A DNA stretch of 64,000 nucleotides from Bdellovibrionales bacterium. Lineage in GTDB: Bacteria > Bdellovibrionota > Bdellovibrionia > Bdellovibrionales > JAUICD01. The stretch is from positions 2,368,001 through 2,432,000 of the forward strand of contig OZ253553.1 in the NCBI GenBank assembly GCA_965262715.1, read 5' to 3'. This document shows, piece after piece, positions 42,447-52,710 of this stretch. Made by a program: the position numbers and the translations under genes. Numbering within the stretch: the stretch's first letter is position 1; each line of letters opens with the position of its first letter. Below the pieces are notes generated by a model that was not told where the DNA came from, ran no database searches, and saw only the letters and a list, made by a program, of their open reading frames with translations.

Positions 42447-43925
42447 ATGATCAAAAAAATATCAGTTATTCTTATATTTGGAGGAATTTGTTTTGTCTTT
42501 GTCTTCATGGGAGATTATGGTTTTGGGCCAACTATATCAGGGAATCATGCCGCTAGAATCAATAATACCATTATTTCAAGGGTCGACCACAATATAGCTG
42601 TTAATAATACTGTTAATTACTACTCTCGCCTTTTTGGAGATCAATTACCTGTCACAGCTGAAATGCGTCGACGAATTGAAACTGACACTTTAGAAAGAAT
42701 GATCACTCAAGAAATTATTTCTCAAACAGCACAAAAAGAGCATTTACTTGTAGCACCAACTTTTTTAAGAGACACCATAGTTACTAACTTTAAAATGGGT
42801 GATAGATTTCGAAGATCTGATTATGAGGCCATTTTACGTGCACAAAGGCTTTCTCCTGGACAATTTGAAGATAAAATGCGTCGTGAATTGCAAACGGATT
42901 TAGCCCGTCAATTATTTCTAACCCATCTACATCCTACATCATTGGAAGTTCAAAAAAATTGGGAGATAAAAAATAGCAAACTTAATATCCAGTTTGTAAA
43001 AATAGATCAGGATAATTTTCCTTTAATCAAAAACATTTCTTCTTCTAATATAGACTCTTATACTCAAGAGAATATTAAAAAACTGGAAGAAACTTACAAT
43101 CAAAACAAAATATTTTACACTTCTGAATTAGAAGTAAAAGCACAACATATCCTCATTAAAAATCAAAATAGTGATAAACAGACAGAGAAGACCACAAATA
43201 CAACTCTTGTAGAAACACCTCTCGCCAAGATTCAAAACATAGCAATGAAAGCTAAAACAGAAGACTTTTCTAAGTTAGCATCAGAGTTTTCAGAAGACCC
43301 AGGGTCTAAAAATAATGGAGGTCATTTAGGTTATATGAAAAAAGGCCAAATGGTTCCTGAGTTCGAAGAAGCAGCCTTTAATTTAAAAATAGATCAAATC
43401 AGTGATCCTGTTAAGACCTCATTTGGGTATCATTTGATCAAAGTTTTAGATCGCAAAGAAGCTGAAACACAGCCTTTTGATCAAGTTAAAATTGAATTAG
43501 CTAAAAAAGCACTCACAGAAGAAAAAAAGGATGAAATTATCTCTGGTCTAAGGTCAGCTTTAGAAAAAAGTGATGAAAAGACATTAGAAGATAATTTAAA
43601 AAATCTTGATGTTCAATGGGAGGATACAGGCCTTTATTCTTTAGACAGCCAAGCAGTCCCTAAAATGGGAAGTTCTCCTCAGGTGACAAAAGCTGCAATG
43701 TCATTATTTCATTCACCCTCATCTCTTTACCCACAGATGGTTTCAGAAGGAAAAAGTCTTTATATTCTTCGTTTAAAAGAAAAGCAATTACCACCTCAAA
43801 CAGGCTTGGACCCAACAGCAATAACTTCTTCAAAAGAGGCCATCCAAAAAAAGTCAGCGCAGAATGCTTTTGATCAATGGGCTTCACATATTAGAAAAAG
43901 CACTTTAATAGAAATCTATCCCTAA
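42447..43925 (+). CDS. ppiD: PpiD/SurA-type parvulin chaperone
   Basis: N-terminal TM, SurA_N, rotamase HILI...SEDPGS..NGG.LG...FGYHLI. Confidence 0.8.
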   Translation: MIKKISVILIFGGICFVFVFMGDYGFGPTISGNHAARINNTIISRVDHNIAVNNTVNYYSRLFGDQLPVTAEMRRRIETDTLERMITQEIISQTAQKEHLLVAPTFLRDTIVTNFKMGDRFRRSDYEAILRAQRLSPGQFEDKMRRELQTDLARQLFLTHLHPTSLEVQKNWEIKNSKLNIQFVKIDQDNFPLIKNISSSNIDSYTQENIKKLEETYNQNKIFYTSELEVKAQHILIKNQNSDKQTEKTTNTTLVETPLAKIQNIAMKAKTEDFSKLASEFSEDPGSKNNGGHLGYMKKGQMVPEFEEAAFNLKIDQISDPVKTSFGYHLIKVLDRKEAETQPFDQVKIELAKKALTEEKKDEIISGLRSALEKSDEKTLEDNLKNLDVQWEDTGLYSLDSQAVPKMGSSPQVTKAAMSLFHSPSSLYPQMVSEGKSLYILRLKEKQLPPQTGLDPTAITSSKEAIQKKSAQNAFDQWASHIRKSTLIEIYP

Positions 43926-44044
43926 AACTTATAAACTATAACTTATTAAGTCTTTTTATTCCATAATCCGAAAATCAGGCACCCTGGTAAATAGTTTTAA
44001 ATAACTGGGTTTTGAAGGTCCATTCCAGAGATAAAAGTGTGAAA

Positions 44045-44947
44045 TCAATGTAAGGCGGTAGCGCATTGACTTAGAGGTTCTTGGTAAATCGGGTGTATTC
44101 TGTGGTCAACTGGTAAAGTTGGTGACCTTTCTGCATTAACGAAGAATAAATCTTGTTCATGTATTAATAAATATCCTTGATATCGTCTGTTATAAAAAAC
44201 AGGTATATGTTCTTTTGTATCTAGCGATTCGAAAGCAGTTCTTTGCTCCTCAGAGGGTATAAACCTTTTAAAAATAGAAGGTGCGGCAAAAAAAACTAAG
44301 GGAGCTGTCATTTCATAGTCATATTCACGGATAATGTATACCTCATTTAAGTATCCTTTGAGAAAATCCATAGCGATAGCAACAAGAAGATATCTAGCTT
44401 CATTAGTCTGTATACCTTTAACATCAATAGCTACAGGTTTGTGTAGATCAAATTGACGAGCATGTGATAAGTATTCTTCCAATGTGGGAACAGATTGATC
44501 TGGAAAATCCAAAAGATGAAATCTTTTAAGTTCTTCTAAAGTTAAACCTTGAACTTGAAATTCTTTATACCTTTGTTCGTAGCCTGTCCTTTCTATAAAT
44601 TGAGTATTTGATAGTAGACTCTTATAGGTTTTGTTATTTTCTTTTCTATTGGGGATCATTCTTCTTAGATATCTGTCATGAAAAACAACCAGGTGACCAT
44701 CTAATGTTTCTTGTACATCAAGTTCTAAGTATTTAAATTTTTTATGGTATTGAATAGTTCTGCCATAAGGCCCTCCTCTTAAAGCATGTTCTAAGATAAT
44801 CAAGGAGTTTTCAGGAAGATGCTCAAAATGGCTTTTGCCACCACGATGCCCTAAATTGTTCCTGTACGAATGTTGTTGAGCGTAAGAATCTATCGCCAGA
44901 TGGACCAATAGAAACACAGAGATGAATACTTTAAATATATACCACAT
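44045..44947 (-). CDS. Secreted glycerophosphodiester phosphodiesterase-family protein
   Basis: GHRGG, PENS, ELDVQET.DG.LVVFHD, PTLEE. Confidence 0.85.
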   Translation of the reverse strand: MWYIFKVFISVFLLVHLAIDSYAQQHSYRNNLGHRGGKSHFEHLPENSLIILEHALRGGPYGRTIQYHKKFKYLELDVQETLDGHLVVFHDRYLRRMIPNRKENNKTYKSLLSNTQFIERTGYEQRYKEFQVQGLTLEELKRFHLLDFPDQSVPTLEEYLSHARQFDLHKPVAIDVKGIQTNEARYLLVAIAMDFLKGYLNEVYIIREYDYEMTAPLVFFAAPSIFKRFIPSEEQRTAFESLDTKEHIPVFYNRRYQGYLLIHEQDLFFVNAERSPTLPVDHRIHPIYQEPLSQCATALH

Positions 44948-45095
44948 ATTTTTCTTTTCACATTGTTATTGGCACTTTTAAATAATAACTTACATACCTT
45001 TTCGTCAATGGAAATTTGTCATTACTATGCAAGAAGTCACCAAAAGTTGCGTAAGGTCAGTGCTTAATTGATAAATAATGATAAGTAAAAATAGC

Positions 45096-46376
45096 TTATG
45101 AAAAGGCGTTGCTTCCCCAATACTCCTCTTTATCTCCTAGATACTCTTCAATCCTTAAAAGCTGGTTGTATTTAGCAACTCTCTCACTACGACATACACT
45201 TCCTGTTTTGATTTGCTGACAAGATAGTCCCACAGCTAAATCTGCAATACTGCAGTCTTCTGTTTCACCGCTCCTATGAGACATAATAGTTTTGTATCCG
45301 TGAGATTTGGCTAATTGAATAGTTTGCATTGTTTCTGTCACAGTCCCTATTTGATTGAGCTTGATCAAAATAGCATTAGCAGCTTTTTTTTCAATTCCTG
45401 TTTTTAATCTCTCTTGGTGGGTGACGAATAAATCATCTCCTATTAATTGCAAATCATTGTTTGTTTTTTTTGTGAATTGAATCCAAGAAGTCCAATCATT
45501 TTCTGAAAAGGCATCTTCTATACTGATTAAAGGAAACCTCTTCTTCCAAGATGTATAAATAGACATTAAGTCAGAAGCTGTTATTTTTCTTCCTTCCCAT
45601 AAATATTGACTTTCAGTGCCTTCTTTTTCCACAATAAGTTCTGTAGCAGCTACATCTAAAGCTAAAAAAATATCTTCTCCTAATTTGTATTTTGCCTTTT
45701 CAACAGCAAGGCTTATTAATTCTAAAGCTTGCTCATTGTTTTTAAGTAAAGGGGCAAAGCCTCCTTCATCGCCAACAGCTGTGGATAATTTTTTTTCACA
45801 AAGAAGCTTTTTTAAGGAATGAAAGATTTCACTACCTGCCATTAAAGAAGTAGAAAAAGAATCTTTAATAGGCACAATCATAAATTCCTGTACATCAAGC
45901 CCATTATTGGCATGCACTCCACCATTTAAAATATTAATAAGTGGTACAGGTAATTTATAGCCCAAACTATCTCCTACATGCTTAAAAAGGTTTTGATGAG
46001 CCTCTTTTGCTGCCGTTTTAAGACAGGCTAATGACACAGCTAGTAGAGCATTAGTTCCTAATTTTGATTTATTGGGTGTGCCATCAAGTTGAAGGAGTGT
46101 GTGGTCTATTTGAGCTTGATTTTTGATATCCATACCTATTAAGACAGGAGCAATAACTTGATAAATACCATTTATTGCTTTTTGAACTCCTTTTCCATTA
46201 TACCTTTTTGGGTCCTGATCTCTTAACTCTAGAGCTTCAAAAGAACCTTTTGAAGCTCCCGAAGGAACAGATGCCCTCCCTAAATAATTGTTTTTAGTCA
46301 TCACATCTACTTCAATTGTAGGAACACCTCGACTATCTAAAATTTCTCTTGCGATGATCTTTTGAATAGATGACAT
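45096..46376 (-). CDS. eno: Enolase
   Basis: REILDSRG.PT, GDEGGF, GDDLFVT, SHRSGET. Confidence 0.98.
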   Translation of the reverse strand: MSSIQKIIAREILDSRGVPTIEVDVMTKNNYLGRASVPSGASKGSFEALELRDQDPKRYNGKGVQKAINGIYQVIAPVLIGMDIKNQAQIDHTLLQLDGTPNKSKLGTNALLAVSLACLKTAAKEAHQNLFKHVGDSLGYKLPVPLINILNGGVHANNGLDVQEFMIVPIKDSFSTSLMAGSEIFHSLKKLLCEKKLSTAVGDEGGFAPLLKNNEQALELISLAVEKAKYKLGEDIFLALDVAATELIVEKEGTESQYLWEGRKITASDLMSIYTSWKKRFPLISIEDAFSENDWTSWIQFTKKTNNDLQLIGDDLFVTHQERLKTGIEKKAANAILIKLNQIGTVTETMQTIQLAKSHGYKTIMSHRSGETEDCSIADLAVGLSCQQIKTGSVCRSERVAKYNQLLRIEEYLGDKEEYWGSNAFS

Positions 46377-47813
46377 TTAAACTCCTATAGGCAAATGAAC
46401 CAAAAATATGAGCTCTTTATTAAAGTAGTCTTGAATTGATATTTTTCCATTGTGCATACGAATAAGCCAGTGAGCAATACTCAAGTGAATGTCTCTATGT
46501 TCTTGGTAACGCTTATCATATTCTTTACTTGATATTTCAATTTCTATTGTTTGATGTTTTAGATGAGTTGATATTTTAATGAATCCTTTGTCATTAAAGG
46601 TAGAAATAGAAGCTCTTATCAAATGCATGAAGGCATGCTTAAGATGTCGATGAAAGGCCTTAACTCTTCGAATTTTTGTAAAATGATAATCAACCTTTAT
46701 ATGATTTTTATGCCCAATAATATCTTCAACTGCTGTAGTTAATAAAACATTTAAGTCGACTTTGGTTTTTTGAGATTCTTTAATTAAGAGACTATCTAGA
46801 GTTTCACTGATCTTTAAAAGATCTTGTACAGATTCTTCCACAGTAGATGAAAACTCTTGAGTGACAAAATCCCAATTCATACGCTTCATAGAATTCTTGA
46901 CATAGGATCGATGTTTCTCTTGACTAACAAGAACAGTCAATATTTGTCTTGCTCTTACAAAATAATCTTTAAGTTTTTGTGTGTTATTAATGGATTTTAA
47001 AATGTAAGGGTTGATGTTATCAGCTAATTGATTTGTGAGTTTTTCCCAGGTGTCCAGTTGCTCTAAGTTATTTTTTTGACCCTTAGTGTAAAGATCATTT
47101 TGAGATAAGTGAAGCTGCTTTGGTGTATTCTGGATTTCCTGTATAGAACTTTCTTGTTTCGTGAAGATTTTTTGGTTTGTTGTTAAGGACTCTAAATGAT
47201 GGTCTTTGAGGTTTTGATCAAGTTTTCTTTTGTTTTCTGGAAAAAATGATGTTTGATGGTCTTTCCATGTAACGTGAATGCGATGGTCTTTCCAAGAAAC
47301 ATCAGCTAAGTTGTAATTAAGATAAGTAGGCAGAGCTTCCAAAATAGCTATGAAATACGAAACAAAATGTGGGTAGTTATTTGTGTTAAAGTCTAAATGA
47401 AAATTCAAGTTAAAGGAGAATTGATTTGATGTGGTTATTTGGAGTTGGGTGACAGATGGAGTTGGTGAAATAAAATAAGATAAGAAATTCATAGGTTCTA
47501 CATAAAATTGCTTAGGATGTTTTATCATCTTCAGAACGCTATCAAGAACTCCCCATGACTCCAACTTAGCACATTCATGACCAACGCATTGAATAAAAGA
47601 GCGATCTGATTTTTGAGCTGATATTTCTTTGAATAGAGATTCTGATTGAGCCAGAAAGAACTCAATATTTTTAGCTGGTTGCCATGAAGATGGGTCCTTT
47701 AAAAACTCTTCTGGTGTATTGATAACAGAATACAAACTTTCAGAATCCAAACCATTAGATTCTAAAAACCTTAAAACAGAATGAGTGACTTTACTGCTAA
47801 ATAGCATATTCAT
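46377..47813 (-). CDS. Degenerate histidine kinase-like protein
   Basis: C-terminal HisKA/HATPase-like spacing (DLN.LL...V, HNGKISI) but H, N and G boxes are altered. Start uncertain. Confidence 0.6.
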   Translation of the reverse strand: MNMLFSSKVTHSVLRFLESNGLDSESLYSVINTPEEFLKDPSSWQPAKNIEFFLAQSESLFKEISAQKSDRSFIQCVGHECAKLESWGVLDSVLKMIKHPKQFYVEPMNFLSYFISPTPSVTQLQITTSNQFSFNLNFHLDFNTNNYPHFVSYFIAILEALPTYLNYNLADVSWKDHRIHVTWKDHQTSFFPENKRKLDQNLKDHHLESLTTNQKIFTKQESSIQEIQNTPKQLHLSQNDLYTKGQKNNLEQLDTWEKLTNQLADNINPYILKSINNTQKLKDYFVRARQILTVLVSQEKHRSYVKNSMKRMNWDFVTQEFSSTVEESVQDLLKISETLDSLLIKESQKTKVDLNVLLTTAVEDIIGHKNHIKVDYHFTKIRRVKAFHRHLKHAFMHLIRASISTFNDKGFIKISTHLKHQTIEIEISSKEYDKRYQEHRDIHLSIAHWLIRMHNGKISIQDYFNKELIFLVHLPIGV

Positions 47814-48133
47814 TTCTCTCTTTAAAATGAATTTCTTAATACAAGTTTTTGAAAGATATTTCAATCTTTCTTTTGTGTTAAGTAATAAAAACCCTGTCAG
47901 AAATACATAATTGGCCTCATAAACCATGTAAATTTTTCAAAACAGGAAGAATTTTTAGAAATCTTTAAAAAAGTCTGCTAATATAACTTTTTATACATCT
48001 TTAGCACTTTATTGTTTGATATTTATGTTGTATATGTAACTGATTATATGTAGGCAATAATTATAAACAGTAATACAAAATAAAATAATTTAAATTAAAA
48101 ATCTATAATTAAAACCAATAAAATAAAGGTTCA

Positions 48134-50044
48134 TTGATCAAAATGTATTTTGTTTTTCAGAAAACCACTAAATTTATGATTCATAAGCTTCTTAAAAGAA
48201 TTAAAGAGACTATCTTTAACATCAAATGTCTTAAAATAAAAATAAACCAACAAATGACAACCTTTATTTTAAAATTAAAATCATTTAGCCTATTTAGTAA
48301 AACTCATTTTCAACCTCAATTTAAAGTATTCTGCATTCGTTTTGTTTTCTTATTTTTATTTATAGTACCTGCATTTTATTTCCATTTTTCACCTGATACA
48401 AAAAAATTAGAATCTAAAAACTATTGGAATGAAACAAAGCTTAATTTTTCAACTTTACACTCTATTATTAATAAAGAGACTTGTTATGCTCAGCTCAATA
48501 ATTTTTTAGGTTGTATGCAAACTCTTTCTGCACTTATAACAAATGTATCTGATAAAAACATTGATTTGGTATTTACAAATGATCAAATTAAAAAAGGTAT
48601 CAATTTTCTTTCAGACATAAAAGTCAAACCCTCTTCTAGAAAAAGTTTTCAAGACATCTCAGAAGTTTTGAAAGACCTCAAAGTGTCTATGGCAAAAAAG
48701 ATTCAAATATGGAAGACACTTTATTACCAGACACGAGAAAATCAAATCCGCTTTTACCATATTTTAAGAGAGATTTTACTAGCAGTAATTACCTCTAACG
48801 AATCTTCACCTCGAAGCTCATTAGGCAATGAAACATTTATAAAAAAATCAAGAAACTTTTATCATAAGAGACTTATTGCACAATCTATTAATAGTTATTT
48901 ATCTGTGACACATTCCCCTCATGATCATCTTATCCCTTTAGAGTTAATGAAAGATCGAAGTAACGCTAGTGATGGAGAATATAGCGGAGTAGGCTTAATC
49001 TTATTTCAAATACAACAACATTTAATTGTTAAACGTGTTTTAGAAAATAGCCCTGCATTTCAAGCTGGGTTAAAATCTGGAGACATTATTTCTAAGGTAC
49101 AAGGACAAAATGTTTCTCGGATGAGTTTATCCGATTCCTCTAATGCCATAGGAAGAGTTAATAGCAAAACAGTCCATTTAGAAATTTTAAGAGAAGGTGT
49201 ACTTAGACATTTCACTTTGAACAAGGAAATCATTAGGACTGACAATGTCAGAACAGAGTATATTAAGGATGGTAACAAAAAGTGGGGACTTATCAAGCTT
49301 TCTAGTTTTTATAAGTTAAATACATGCGCTCAAATGGAAAAGGCCATTTACAAATTTCAAAAAGACCCTCAGATTTCAGGTTTAGTGATTGATCTAAGAA
49401 ATAACCCAGGAGGGCTAGTGGATGAAGCTCTTTGTACAGCAGACCTCTTTTTACCTAAAGATCAGTTTATGTTAGAAATACGACCTTTTAACCCATCACA
49501 ATCTTCTCAGTTCAGTTTTTCTCGTATGCCACAGGTTACAGATCTCCCTCTTGTCATATTGGTCAATGCTGGTTCTGCTAGCTCTGCAGAGATTGTAGCT
49601 GGTATTTTAAGGGATCATAATCGTGGAGTACTCATCGGACAGCGCACCTTTGGAAAAGGAACAATTTTATATGGAACGAGCTTCCAGTATCCTAACTATC
49701 CCAAACTCATCTACTATCAAACATCTGCAAAATTTTATTTTCCTTCTAGAAGAACAAATCATATTTTAGGTATTATACCTGACCATATTGTTAGATTTCA
49801 AAATAGTTCTCTTGTTCCTTTTAGAGAAGAGGATCTTTTTGCATATCAATTACCATCTTTTCAAGTATCTCTAAAAAATCAGAAAGCACTACTTCCTTTA
49901 CACTCTCATAAAAGTGCTTTTCAGAGTTATCAAAACTGTTTAGAAGACCTTAAAACATCTCAAGATCAAGAGGCAAAAACATTGGCTAAAACTATATTAA
50001 GGTGCGTCATATCTCAGGACAATTCATTGGCTGAATCTACATAA
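48134..50044 (+). CDS. S41 carboxyl-terminal processing peptidase
   Basis: PDZ domain, DLRNNPGG, SASSAEI, TFGKG. Real start probably downstream. Confidence 0.92.
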   Translation: MIKMYFVFQKTTKFMIHKLLKRIKETIFNIKCLKIKINQQMTTFILKLKSFSLFSKTHFQPQFKVFCIRFVFLFLFIVPAFYFHFSPDTKKLESKNYWNETKLNFSTLHSIINKETCYAQLNNFLGCMQTLSALITNVSDKNIDLVFTNDQIKKGINFLSDIKVKPSSRKSFQDISEVLKDLKVSMAKKIQIWKTLYYQTRENQIRFYHILREILLAVITSNESSPRSSLGNETFIKKSRNFYHKRLIAQSINSYLSVTHSPHDHLIPLELMKDRSNASDGEYSGVGLILFQIQQHLIVKRVLENSPAFQAGLKSGDIISKVQGQNVSRMSLSDSSNAIGRVNSKTVHLEILREGVLRHFTLNKEIIRTDNVRTEYIKDGNKKWGLIKLSSFYKLNTCAQMEKAIYKFQKDPQISGLVIDLRNNPGGLVDEALCTADLFLPKDQFMLEIRPFNPSQSSQFSFSRMPQVTDLPLVILVNAGSASSAEIVAGILRDHNRGVLIGQRTFGKGTILYGTSFQYPNYPKLIYYQTSAKFYFPSRRTNHILGIIPDHIVRFQNSSLVPFREEDLFAYQLPSFQVSLKNQKALLPLHSHKSAFQSYQNCLEDLKTSQDQEAKTLAKTILRCVISQDNSLAEST

Positions 50045-50045
50045 G

Positions 50046-50687
50046 CTAACCACCAATGAATGTAAAGAGTCCCCATAAAAGTATAGAAGTAACTACAGGA
50101 ATGATAAAGTTATCATCTAGGTCAATGGGAATAACTTCAGCAAAGGCCCCTATAAGACCTGACAGCACACTTACTAAAAGTAATTTGCTTGTCATAATAT
50201 CCATAAGCTTGAAGTAAATAACAGAGACAATAGTACAAGCAATAAAACCAGCTATGCTTCCTTGAAAGCTCTTAGAACCTATAAGCTTATCTTTGCCATA
50301 TTTGATACCAATAATATTACAGATAGGATCACCTATAGCTAACATTAGAAGAGAGAGGTTAACAACTTCAACGGGAAAAAGAACCATAATAATAAAACTA
50401 CCAAGTAAGAGCCAGGACATAGATGAAAGGTTATGCAGTTCCTGCCGTCGCATAAATTGGCCAAAAACAAGAAGAACAAAATTTTGAAGAAAGAGTAACC
50501 TCTTACGTAATAAGTCACCAAGAATGAACACTACAATGATAATGGCTAAACTAATTAGAAACTCTTTTCTAGGGCTAATATGATAACAAAGTAGAATAAA
50601 GCCAACACCAAAGACATGTAGCAGCTTTCTGGCAATATGTATCTCATTGCGATCTTTTAAGAAGAGATTGTTAGTCTTTGTTATTAT
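50046..50687 (-). CDS. Dolichol/phytol/diacylglycerol kinase-like (CTP_transf_1) membrane protein
   Basis: GDP...IG..YG, KS.QGS, DDNF.IP. The frame extends upstream through IARKLLH to ATA codons at 50687/50684. Confidence 0.75.
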   Translation of the reverse strand: MITKTNNLFLKDRNEIHIARKLLHVFGVGFILLCYHISPRKEFLISLAIIIVVFILGDLLRKRLLFLQNFVLLVFGQFMRRQELHNLSSMSWLLLGSFIIMVLFPVEVVNLSLLMLAIGDPICNIIGIKYGKDKLIGSKSFQGSIAGFIACTIVSVIYFKLMDIMTSKLLLVSVLSGLIGAFAEVIPIDLDDNFIIPVVTSILLWGLFTFIGG

Positions 50688-50835
50688 CTTCTCCTTTATC
50701 CTCTCCTGTCACTCCTTTTTTAAAACCTCTAATAGCTTGTCCTAGTGAACGACCTATTCCAGGAATTCTTTTTGGTCCAAAGATCACAAGGACAACAGCA
50801 AGCACAATGAGGATTTGAGATAAACTTGGGCTCAT
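50671..50835 (-). CDS. tatA: Twin-arginine translocase TatA
   Basis: Not in ORF track. GGAGGAG RBS; MSPSLSQILIVLAVVLVIFGPKRIPGIGRSLGQAIRGFKKG..., 54 aa. Confidence 0.93.
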   Translation of the reverse strand: MSPSLSQILIVLAVVLVIFGPKRIPGIGRSLGQAIRGFKKGVTGEDKGEDNNKD

Positions 50836-51104
50836 TATTTAACTCCTCCATTTTTATTTATTGTATTGATTCTAAATAATAATTTATAGTACAACTCAAT
50901 CAATAGTTCATATAACGCATTTCTTTTAATGTGGCATCTTTTAAGGTAAAAAACAAACAAAACTTTCATTACATTCAAATTGTTGCAGTTTTTTTTGAGT
51001 CAATATTGACACATTGAAGCAACTTTTCTTAAGCCCAAAGGACACATGCCTCGTTTTTATAAAAGCAAAAATAGTTATTATTGAGAGCTTTAATGAATTC
51101 TTAT

Positions 51105-52472
51105 TTAACTTTTCATGTATTTAAAATACACTCCAGCACCTTTTCCATAACGCTTAAACAGCTTTTTTTTAATAAGAGCATTCATTTTACGAGTTGCTGT
51201 ATTGCGAGATATACCAATATTTTCAATAATATTCTTTATTCTTATTTCACCTAGCTTTTCTCCTAATTGAATAATTCCCTCTTCATCCGATATATCTGAT
51301 GAACTATTTATATCTATCTCTTTAAAGTGAAAAGTAAGCTTTACAAAATCTCCACTTGCATCAAATTCAGGCTTTTTTAAATGTTGTCTCTTGCAAGAAT
51401 CAAAAATAAGTCTAATCCCAGAACCTAATGTTTCTACTAACCTGTATTTACGGGCAAGCCTAGCCAAATTCGGGTTTCTAAGATATGTTGTTCCATCGCC
51501 TAGGTTTTCAATGGAAATTAACCCTGGGAGCCCGCCTGGACTGAAGATTTCTAATCTATTCTCATATAAACTAATTTTTACAGGAGCATTACTAAAATAT
51601 ACACGGTGAATTAAAGCATTGATAACTCCTTCTCTTAGTGCAACTTTAGGGATCAACAAACGACCCTTTAACCTTCCAGAGTCAGAAACTTTTAGCCCAG
51701 CCTCTAACCATAATTCTAACAACTTAAGCGTTGATTCAACAAGAGTTGGAATAGGCCCTATAAGCTTGGTTGATTTAATAATGTTTCTACCTTTTTTACC
51801 TTTAAAATGCGAACAGATAACAATAGATTCAGGAATATGTGTATCAGGGCGATCTGAAAAAAAAAGAACACCTGCATTTGTGGCGAAAAAAATTTTAGGA
51901 TTCCTTACACCTCTTACAGCAACTTTATCCATGATGTAAGTTCTTTCACTTGTTCTTTTGCTATAAATTTCTCTTAGTAGCTTGCTATTTAAATTTGAAA
52001 AAACAATATCTGAAGATTCTTCATCAAAATAAGTATTTTCTTGTTGTCGGTACAAATCTTTGATATATTCTTTATCAGCTTGTCTTGTTGTTGAACCAAC
52101 TCTTAGGTAAACACCTTTATAAGACTTATGCCTCTCATTTTTAACACAATATGGAGGTCTATTCCCAGGATAAATTTGAACAAGAACAATGGTCTTATTG
52201 TTGATATTACGCTCATAGATCTCTGGAATTAAATAGGGTTCAATAGAATCTTTAATAGAACTTGCCACTTCATCAAAAATCTTATCCCTTATTTCAATAG
52301 AAACACCTATGATATTTTTTGTCTTATCCTTAATTCCAATAATAATTTTACCTCCTGCCCCATTTGCAAAAGCAACACAGGTTCTGATAATTTGATCTTT
52401 TTTAGGGATATTTTCTTTAAATTCTAAGGTTTTTGACTCACCTTTAATATCACCATTTCCGTATTTTAACAT
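51105..52472 (-). CDS. Schlafen/AlbA_2 + HATPase_c_4 + winged-HTH protein
   Basis: GESKTLEFKE, AFANG.GG.I.IGI.D, ALREG.INALIHR.Y, SPGGLP, RNP.LA, GSGI, C-terminal wHTH ending G.GAG.Y. Confidence 0.9.
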   Translation of the reverse strand: MLKYGNGDIKGESKTLEFKENIPKKDQIIRTCVAFANGAGGKIIIGIKDKTKNIIGVSIEIRDKIFDEVASSIKDSIEPYLIPEIYERNINNKTIVLVQIYPGNRPPYCVKNERHKSYKGVYLRVGSTTRQADKEYIKDLYRQQENTYFDEESSDIVFSNLNSKLLREIYSKRTSERTYIMDKVAVRGVRNPKIFFATNAGVLFFSDRPDTHIPESIVICSHFKGKKGRNIIKSTKLIGPIPTLVESTLKLLELWLEAGLKVSDSGRLKGRLLIPKVALREGVINALIHRVYFSNAPVKISLYENRLEIFSPGGLPGLISIENLGDGTTYLRNPNLARLARKYRLVETLGSGIRLIFDSCKRQHLKKPEFDASGDFVKLTFHFKEIDINSSSDISDEEGIIQLGEKLGEIRIKNIIENIGISRNTATRKMNALIKKKLFKRYGKGAGVYFKYMKS

Positions 52473-52510
52473 AAAACATCTTTCCTTTTGTATTATTTAC
52501 CTATATTTAT

Positions 52511-52618
52511 ATATAAGATTGCACCAATTGCACCATCTTCATATAAGATTGCACCAATTGCACCATCTTCATATAAGATTGCACCAATTGCACTATCTTC
52601 ATATAAGATTGCACTAAT
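52511..52618. repeat. 30-bp tandem repeat x3.6
   Basis: atataagattgcaccaattgcaccatcttc at 52511, 52541, 52571 (1 mismatch), partial at 52601. Confidence 0.97.
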
Positions 52619-52640
52619 GGTTTATCTTATTATGACAACG

Positions 52641-52669
52641 ATTATATTAAAATACAAGAAGTCTGGCAA
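52641..52669 (-). promoter_or_regulatory. Predicted sigma70 promoter for repeat leader + Schlafen gene
   Basis: TTGCCA-17 bp-TATAAT on the minus strand. Confidence 0.65.
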
Positions 52670-52710
52670 CTATCTCAATTGAACTTGTATAGCAAATATT
52701 TATTAAAAAA

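Noticed and set aside
43965..43980. 13-bp match aatccgaaaatca shared with 63003-63015 (reverse)
   Set aside because: Too short in AT-rich DNA, and the flanks do not extend the match.
52511..52618. CRISPR array
   Set aside because: Units are contiguous with no spacers, and no cas genes are in the window.
52488..52682. 64-aa ORF with YKIAPIAPSS repeats
   Set aside because: By-product of a 30-bp repeat; TTG start, no clear RBS, antisense to the Schlafen leader.
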